Below, piece by piece: positions 57,179-64,000 of a stretch of 64,000 nucleotides of DNA (positions within the stretch are counted from its first letter, which is position 1; the number at the start of each line of letters is the position of its first letter). Below the pieces are notes generated by a model that was not told the origin of the DNA, ran no database searches, and saw only the letters and a list, made by a program, of their open reading frames with translations. Source of the stretch: Diplonema japonicum. Taxonomy: Eukaryota; Protista; Euglenozoa: Diplonemea. A program made the translations under genes and the position numbers. The DNA lies in contig OZ025680.1 in the NCBI GenBank assembly GCA_964019335.1, positions 434,001 to 498,000 of the forward strand, written 5' to 3'.

Positions 57179-57792
57179 ATGCCCACGAAGGTTGAGCCCG
57201 GTAACTACAGCGCTGTGGACTTCGCGAAGTGTGTTGTGCTGCAGTCGAACGACCAGAAGCCCGTGGAGTATGTGGTGGACCGTGAGGCTGCAAAAATGTC
57301 GGGGTTGATAAAGGACATGCTCGAGGACCAGGAGGGCGACGACCAGCAGACCGTTATCCCCATCCCCAACGTGAACGGGAGGACCCTGAACTACGTGCTG
57401 GAGTACTGCGAGTACCACTGGAACAACCGGGCAGACCCCATCGACAAGCCTCTGAGGGGGAAGATCGAGGAGGTCCTCTGCGCATGGGACAAGCAGTTCC
57501 TCCTCACAGACCTCATCAAGGGTGGTGACGAGAAGCAGCATGAGCTCCTCATCGATGTCATCATGGCAGCGAACTTCTTGAACATCAAGGACCTGTTGGA
57601 CCTCACCTGTGCCTCTGTGGCATCCATGATCAAGGGCAAGACCCCCGAGCAGATCAGGGCCCTCTTCAACATCGAGAACGACTTCACCCCTGAGGAGGAG
57701 GAGAAGATCAGGGAGGAGAACAGGTATGTCCTTTTTTTTTTCTCTAAAAAAGGGGTTAAAAATATAACCTCAGGTGGTGTGAAGAATCATAG
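57179..57792 (+). CDS. SKP1: SKP1 copy A, intron 57724-57773
   Basis: IPIPNV, WDKQF, AANFLNIKDLLDLTC, IKGKTPEQIR..FNIENDFTPEEE; spliced end ENR|WCEES. Confidence 0.96.
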
Positions 57793-58938
57793 TGGGAGGT
57801 CGTGAGTAACCCCGAGGAACCCCCTTTTTTTTAATATTTGCTTTTGTTTCTTTTCCTTGTTTTTTGTCGTCTTACCTGCTTTTTTTTTCTAGAAAAAAAG
57901 AAAGAATCTGGAAGAAAAAAAAAAAAAAAAACCTGCTAGCCCTTTGGATGAGAAAAAGAGTAGAGCGACAATAAAAACTTGTAAGAGGACAGAGAAGAGA
58001 ATACCAATTATCGGAGGGAAGGGGGGGGGGGGGATAAGATTTTTGGAAAAAAAAATACTTGTTATTGTCCTTTTGTTTTTCTCTGATTTTTCACACTCCC
58101 CCCTCCCCCCGCCTTTTTTTTCTTCTTCCTGCCCATTCCTCTCATTATTTGTGTTTTGAGTTAAATTTTGGTAAAACCCATACTCCTTATAAAAAAGACA
58201 CGACAGATCCGATGCCCTCTTGTTCAAGAAGCACACAGAAGAGAGTGTTGCTTGATGAGGCCACAAGCCCCGGCCCACCGTCTCTGGTAAGGGGCCTCGT
58301 AAAGGTTGTGTTAAATACTTAAAAAACCTGCCCTTCTGTGCTTACTAAGAAAGCTTTCTTCTTGGGGACCAATGTTTCCAACCTCCCTGTGGTGGTTCCT
58401 GGTAATTGTGGTTTGGAGAAACACAAGCGAAAGGGAAACTCTCGTTCTAAAGCCGTACACGTGGGGAAACCTGGACGGGGGTGGAGAGCCCACCCTACGC
58501 GTGGCGCCAGTTAGCATCGCCCTCAACGGAGAGTCCCTTATCCCATTACATCGAACAAGGAGGTGGCTTCACCAGGTCAGGCAAGTAGCCTCCCCGCGGC
58601 ATCGTGCCAGTGAAGCAAGCCTCCCACAACTCTCCAGTTGGTGTTTAATTGCTTCTGTGGCCCCTGTCCCTATTTCAATTTCCAAGCTTTCTTTACCTCT
58701 CCACTTTTACTTTCTACGGGACCACAGGGGATTTGGGAGGCTTCGGGGCGAAGTTTCACAAGGGTGGCCGCTGTGTCACATACTGCATGGCACCACTAAA
58801 ATCGAGACAACTTTTTCCGGCTTGCACAAGCAACACTCAGCCCGACTCTTTTTGGGGTGATATTGGATTTGTAGGGGGGGGGAAACCGAGGGGAAAACAG
58901 CAAAAAAAAACCTTTTCAAAAAAAAAAAAGAAGAAAAA

Positions 58939-59544
58939 ATGCCCACGAAGGTTGAGCCCGGTAACTACAGCGCTGTGGACTTCGCGAAGTGTGTTGTGCT
59001 GCAGTCGAACGACCAGAAGCCCGTGGAGTATGTGGTGGACCGTGAGGCTGCAAAAATGTCGGGGTTGATAAAGGACATGCTCGAGGACCAGGAGGGCGAC
59101 GACCAGCAGACCGTTATCCCCATCCCCAACGTGAACGGGAGGACCCTGAACTACGTGCTGGAGTACTGCGAGTACCACTGGAACAACCGGGCAGACCCCA
59201 TCGACAAGCCTCTGAGGGGGAAGATCGAGGAGGTCCTCTGCGCATGGGACAAGCAGTTCCTCCTCACAGACCTCATCAAGGGTGGTGACGAGAAGCAGCA
59301 TGAGCTCCTCATCGATGTCATCATGGCAGCGAACTTCTTGAACATCAAGGACCTGTTGGACCTCACCTGTGCCTCTGTGGCATCCATGATCAAGGGCAAG
59401 ACCCCCGAGCAGATCAGGGCCCTCTTCAACATCGAGAACGACTTCACCCCTGAGGAGGAGGAGAAGATCAGGGAGGAGAACAGGTATGTTTTTTATACAT
59501 GGTTCACAAAAAAACCCCAAATCAGGTGGTGCGAGGAATCGTAG
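58939..59544 (+). CDS. SKP1: SKP1 copy B, intron 59484-59525
   Basis: Exon 1 identical to copy A; different 42-nt intron at the same position. Confidence 0.96.
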   Translation: MPTKVEPGNYSAVDFAKCVVLQSNDQKPVEYVVDREAAKMSGLIKDMLEDQEGDDQQTVIPIPNVNGRTLNYVLEYCEYHWNNRADPIDKPLRGKIEEVLCAWDKQFLLTDLIKGGDEKQHELLIDVIMAANFLNIKDLLDLTCASVASMIKGKTPEQIRALFNIENDFTPEEEEKIREENRYVFYTWFTKKPQIRWCEES

Positions 59545-60193
59545 GCCTAGAAGTTCGCCAAGTTCTGCCCCCCCCCCCCCCCCCCCCAATATTTAGAGTG
59601 TATTTTCTGATAGAAGATAAGGAGTTTTTTTTAAAGGAGGGGGGTGTGGGGAATGAAAAAAAAACAAAAAAAGAGGAAGGAAATGAGGAACAGGGGGGAC
59701 GGAAAGACAGGAAAAATACAAATAATCTAGCCTTTTTACATATTTTTTTCTGGAAGAAAAAAAAAAGAAATGCAACAAAAAAAAACATGCTTTTACACCT
59801 CCCTGGCATAAGATCCTCATGGCTCTCCTCCTTCCCTCCCTTTGCCCCCCCCCCCCCCCCCCCCCCAAGTTTGGAAATATTTGAAGGCTAACCTAATTGT
59901 GGTTTTATTGCTTAAAACCAAGGATGGCGCTTTATTTTTCTTGTGTTTAAACTCACTCCCCCCCCCCCTGTTTATTCTTTTATTTTTATGACCCACCCTA
60001 GAAGTGTAACAAACAGCTAAGAAAGGAAAACGAGAGTAAGAGTTTCAAAAAAAAAAAACCCCCTCCCTTCATGCTGTTTATCCCCCTCCCCCTTTCCCCA
60101 TATATTCTTTTCTCATTTTTATCCCTTCACTTTAACCATACTAGACCACACAGGGGAGGGAGGGGACAAGGGAGGGGGTTCAAAGCTTGAGAC

Positions 60194-61795
60194 ATGTCTC
60201 TAAACAGATCACAGGTGGTTTGGAAGGATCCCGTGGACCCGTATGCTGTTTCAAGCAGTGACGATGATGGAGAAAAGAAGAAAAAGAAGCAAGAAGAAGC
60301 GAAGAAGAAAAAGAAGAAGAAGACGCGCCCTGTAGCAACAACAACAGGAAGAACAGCAGGGAACCCACCAAAGCTGAAGGCAGACGCCTTAGAAACAGAG
60401 AAGGAGATTGAACTAGGCATGGCAACAGGCATGGAAGGTGATCTGGCGATCATCAAAGTGAACTCCCACTTGGAGCATACAAGAAAGAATGTTCTCTACT
60501 CGAAGAAGGACGAGGTCATCCAGTCCATGATCACACTCAAGAAATTTGTGAAGCTCCCTGACGCCCCTCTGGCGCGCTACCTCGATCTCGGGGAGCAGGA
60601 GTTCCAGGTCATCCCGCAGCCACCTGACCCGTCCAAAGTCTTTTATGTCGCACGCCCCTCAGCCTCAGCCTCAGCCTCAGACACTGACGTGCTTGCCCTC
60701 AGCCCTGTGACCGTCACATACCACGCGCACCCCTGCCTCCAAACAGCCGCCGACAACCTCGACCTCACCGAAATTGAAACCCGCATGAGAAGAAAGCAGT
60801 TGAACCTCAACTTCGCCCTACGGGGGGTGAGCCTCACCCTTTCTGAGGAGAAAAAATTCAGGGAAAACTGCAAGGGCTACTTCGGCGAGCTAACAAGAAA
60901 CAAATTCATTCAAGCTTGGGAGGCCGTCAAAGGCGACCAACCGCCACCCGAGGGTCTTGTAACCAGTATGTTCGGCACGGGAACAGGCTTTGTGCTGTCC
61001 GTGGACGACGTGGTGGCGAGGCTCAGCGGGGCAACGTTGGAGGAGGCAGACGCAAAGGCACTGAAGGTGCGGGAGAACAAAGAGGACGCAGAGCAAGACC
61101 TGGTGGAGGAGGTGGAGGGGACGGAGAGAGTCTTCGATGATGACATCGAGGACAAACCGGAGCTAGACCCCGACCAATCAGTTATGGACAAGGAGACCAA
61201 AGAATGGGACAACAAGAAAGCAAAAGACGACGTGGGTGAAGGCGGCGTGGATGGGGAAGGCGAAGAAGAAGAAGAAGCGAAGAAGTCCCACCTACAGGAG
61301 CTCGCTGCAGGCGATATCGAGCTCCCCGAACCCCTTGAGGACGAAGAGGACGAGGATGAGGATTTAACGAAGAAGCTGCCCCCACCCGAACCCGCTGCCC
61401 CAAACACCACCACCACGAAGAACCTCAGGAAGCGCACAGCCTCCCAAGCTGAAGGTAGCAAACCAGCCAAGCCTGCTGCTAAGAAAGCCGGAGGCAAGGC
61501 TGCCAAAAAGCCCAAAATCAACCCGCTCCACGCCTCGATTGATGAGCAGCTAGCAAAGTTCCTCACCTCGACACCCAAACCGTTGTCAGTCCTCAAAAAG
61601 GAAGTAATATTTAACCTACCGCAGTACGCAGAGCTTAAGCAGGAGGCCTTCCAAAAGCAGGCTGCAGGAAAGATCGCCAACAAAGATCAGCACGTGAGGA
61701 CAGGCATCACGCCATGGGGAGCCCTCATCGTGGAGCGCATCAACAAGGCGGGGGGTACTGTCGACCCTAAAGGAAATGCGTTCTTGAGCAAATGA
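60194..61795 (+). CDS. Nuclear protein, candidate divergent TFIIF alpha (RAP74/Tfg1) subunit
   Basis: FYVA...LALSPV..TYHAHP......LDLTEIETRMRRK resembles the RAP74 N-domain; acidic linker with VFDDD; short C-terminal helical domain. Confidence 0.45.
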   Translation: MSLNRSQVVWKDPVDPYAVSSSDDDGEKKKKKQEEAKKKKKKKTRPVATTTGRTAGNPPKLKADALETEKEIELGMATGMEGDLAIIKVNSHLEHTRKNVLYSKKDEVIQSMITLKKFVKLPDAPLARYLDLGEQEFQVIPQPPDPSKVFYVARPSASASASDTDVLALSPVTVTYHAHPCLQTAADNLDLTEIETRMRRKQLNLNFALRGVSLTLSEEKKFRENCKGYFGELTRNKFIQAWEAVKGDQPPPEGLVTSMFGTGTGFVLSVDDVVARLSGATLEEADAKALKVRENKEDAEQDLVEEVEGTERVFDDDIEDKPELDPDQSVMDKETKEWDNKKAKDDVGEGGVDGEGEEEEEAKKSHLQELAAGDIELPEPLEDEEDEDEDLTKKLPPPEPAAPNTTTTKNLRKRTASQAEGSKPAKPAAKKAGGKAAKKPKINPLHASIDEQLAKFLTSTPKPLSVLKKEVIFNLPQYAELKQEAFQKQAAGKIANKDQHVRTGITPWGALIVERINKAGGTVDPKGNAFLSK

Positions 61796-61912
61796 TAGGG
61801 TTTGTAAGCCCGCATAAGAGGTTCCGCTCCCTCCATCCCCGTTTCTTTAAGATCCCCTGATTTATCTAAAACAACCTTCTCTCAACATGCTTCACAAAGG
61901 ACACAAGGGGAA

Positions 61913-63061
61913 ATGGCCGCCCGTCGAGTCTTCCTTGCGGGCCAAGGCATGGTAAAGGTCACTCGGAAGGACCCCCATGCAACGATCGCCAACATGGGGA
62001 AAGAGGCTGTGTTGGCAGCAGTGGCCGACTCTGGGATCGAGAAGGAAAGGCTGGAGGGTGTGTACACGTCAAACATGATGGCTGGTATGTTGTGCAAGCA
62101 GCAGCATGTCGGGGTGCTGGTAGCTTCGGAGGTGGGGCTCAAAGGAGTTGACGTTACCACCATCGAGTCGTGCTGTGGTGCAGGTGGTAGTGCCCTCAGA
62201 GCAGGCTACTTGGCGCTCAAATCAGGTCTCCTCGACACCTTGGTGGTGGTCGGTGTTGAGAGGATGACCCACGTCCCAATACAACAAGCCACCGAATCGC
62301 TGGCCACTGCCTCGCACTGGGGGAACGAAGGGGGCAAGGGTGAAACATTCGTTTCTCTGAACGGATTCTTGAAACACATGTACCTTGAGAAATATAACTT
62401 GTCCCCTACAGACCTTTCTATATACCCCATCTTGGCGCATAAGAACGCTGTGACAGCGGAGCATGCAGTTCTGAAGAAGGAGATTACACTCGATGACTAC
62501 CTGAACTCGAGGAAGGTATGGGGCGAGGTGAAGGTGATGGACGCGTCCCCAATGTGTGATGGGGCAGCAGCGGTAGTGCTGACAAGCGACGACGGCATGC
62601 TGCGTGGGGATAGGAAAAAGGTAGAGATCCTAGGGAGCGGGTCGGCATCGGACGTCCTAACTGTGCAGCACAGGGCAGACCCTCTGCAGCTTGAAGCAGT
62701 GGGCGCATCCACTCAGCAGTGCCTGGACCAGGCCAAGCTCACCCGTGATGATGTCGATTTCTTTGAGTTGCACGATGCCTATTCCATCATGGCCTGCCTT
62801 TCTCTTGAGGCTTCGGGGTTCCAGTCTCCAGGGTCTCCCTCCCTCCCCCTCCCCATCGCCACATTCGGGGGCCTCAAAGCACGCGGCCACCCCGTCGGTG
62901 CCACTGGTGTCTACCAAGCAGCGGAATCCTACCTCCAACTCCAAAACCTCGCAGGCAGCAACCAGGTGACCAAAAACAGTGCCTCGCCTAGAATAGGCAT
63001 GTCCCAGAACATTGGCGGTGCTGGGTCTTCCGTCTTCACGCACCTGTATGGAGTAGTCTAG
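61913..63061 (+). CDS. Thiolase of the SCP2-type/prokaryotic HDxF class
   Basis: IESCCGAGG (catalytic Cys), VGVERM, DGAAAVVL, ELHDAY, GGLKARGHPVGATG, QNIGG. Confidence 0.92.
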   Translation: MAARRVFLAGQGMVKVTRKDPHATIANMGKEAVLAAVADSGIEKERLEGVYTSNMMAGMLCKQQHVGVLVASEVGLKGVDVTTIESCCGAGGSALRAGYLALKSGLLDTLVVVGVERMTHVPIQQATESLATASHWGNEGGKGETFVSLNGFLKHMYLEKYNLSPTDLSIYPILAHKNAVTAEHAVLKKEITLDDYLNSRKVWGEVKVMDASPMCDGAAAVVLTSDDGMLRGDRKKVEILGSGSASDVLTVQHRADPLQLEAVGASTQQCLDQAKLTRDDVDFFELHDAYSIMACLSLEASGFQSPGSPSLPLPIATFGGLKARGHPVGATGVYQAAESYLQLQNLAGSNQVTKNSASPRIGMSQNIGGAGSSVFTHLYGVV

Positions 63062-63142
63062 TTTAGAACCTTGTGCTCAGTGTGGAGTGTACATTCCTTC
63101 TTTTTATATGTTCAGCATCTATTATCATCCAAAGGCTTCAGG

Positions 63143-64000
63143 CAGGGCCCCCGGTTCAAAATGGGTTTTTTTCGATAGACCTGCGGTGCTTTTTGGCCGA
63201 TTTTTTGACCCTTTTTTTCAAAAAAAAAAAATAAAAATAGGGGTGAACGTTAATTGGGCCTCTCGTTGGCTTGAACACTTTTTTTTTTTCTCCCTGAACG
63301 TTTGTGCTACTCCTCCAGAAACTCAGCCTCAGTAAGGTTCACATGCCGTCTGCTTGTCGGCATATCATGAAACCGTCTTATGACGCAACTGATGAAGTCT
63401 TCACTCGGAACATCTGCCCCCTCCGTGCTTATCACCAATAGACAGTTCAGTTTCTCAGGTTGTAGAGCAGGGAATTGCGGATAGCATCAAGAAGAACTCT
63501 ATCGATGCAGGGCTTAGGAAAGAGCCCTCTAGAGTCTCCCTGATGGTGTCGTGGTTGATGGGTGAAGAACTTGTCTTGAGCTTGAAAAGCTCAGCCACCA
63601 CTAGACTGATGTCTTCTCGCACGGCCTTAACCCAGTTATCTGGCTTCAGCTGCTGCACCCTCTTCCACACTTTATCCTTTGCCTCTTTGCCAAGTTCTAT
63701 GAAGAACTAAGTGGTGAAGCAGCGGCTCGACCAACTGCTTAGCTGTTTCGATTTCGGGCCTGTCCCCTGCATAGATTTTATGGTCAAGATCGAATAAACC
63801 GGCAGCTTGCAACTCCGGCTGCGGCGCTAACCGCTGCTTCACGTTGCCCATCAGAGCTGAAGTACGGTTTGTGTACCTTTTCGTGGTACAGACTGGATGC
63901 CGTGGAACTGAGTTGGACTCCGTGGGACACGCAAAAGTTCGTCCATGGGGGGTTCTCGACATGAGCTGCCGATTCAGCGAGCTTCATGATTGCTCCATGA
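63143..64000 (-). mobile_element. Possible hAT remnant (transposase C-terminus and adjacent end)
   Basis: CAGGG-starting candidate terminus at 63143. Broken minus-strand ORFs with LMGNVKQRL....LQAAGLFD and LSAIPCST, resembling the hAT dimerisation region. Confidence 0.4.

Noticed and set aside
58170-58860. GC-balanced island between the SKP1 copies
   Set aside because: Possibly a decayed element, but no recognisable motif, termini or credible ORF.

Overview
Eukaryotic nuclear DNA, most likely a euglenozoan (diplonemid-like). Actin ([20 protein letters not shown]) and EF2 (MVNFTV..VRA.M.YP.QIRNM) resemble the kinetoplastid proteins, but the genes carry tiny GT-AG introns. About 24 host genes from 5.3 to 63.1 kb all lie on the + strand, separated by homopolymer-rich spacers, some only ~115 nt long, as in a directional or polycistronic cluster. 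Recognisable genes: aspartic protease, EF2 (6 introns), ENY2/Sus1, actin, RING-H2 ligase, PX-BAR sorting nexin, MFS transporter, kinesin, ankyrin-DHYC palmitoyltransferase, PA-domain protein, PFA-DSP pseudophosphatase, two SKP1 copies and a thiolase. DNA-transposon debris brackets the cluster: an apparent four-level hAT/piggyBac nest at 1-5191 and a possible hAT remnant at the right end. A 1.8-kb piggyBac sits inside a 43-nt intron. The most unusual items are a Dpy-30/RIIa x2 + tandem CDGSH [2Fe-2S] + cytochrome-b5-reductase fusion, a DEDDy exonuclease + Upf1-like helicase fusion, a SKP1 identity tract that stops at an intron, and candidate divergent TFIIF-alpha and LAMTOR1 genes. All family calls come from motif recognition by eye; no searches were run.
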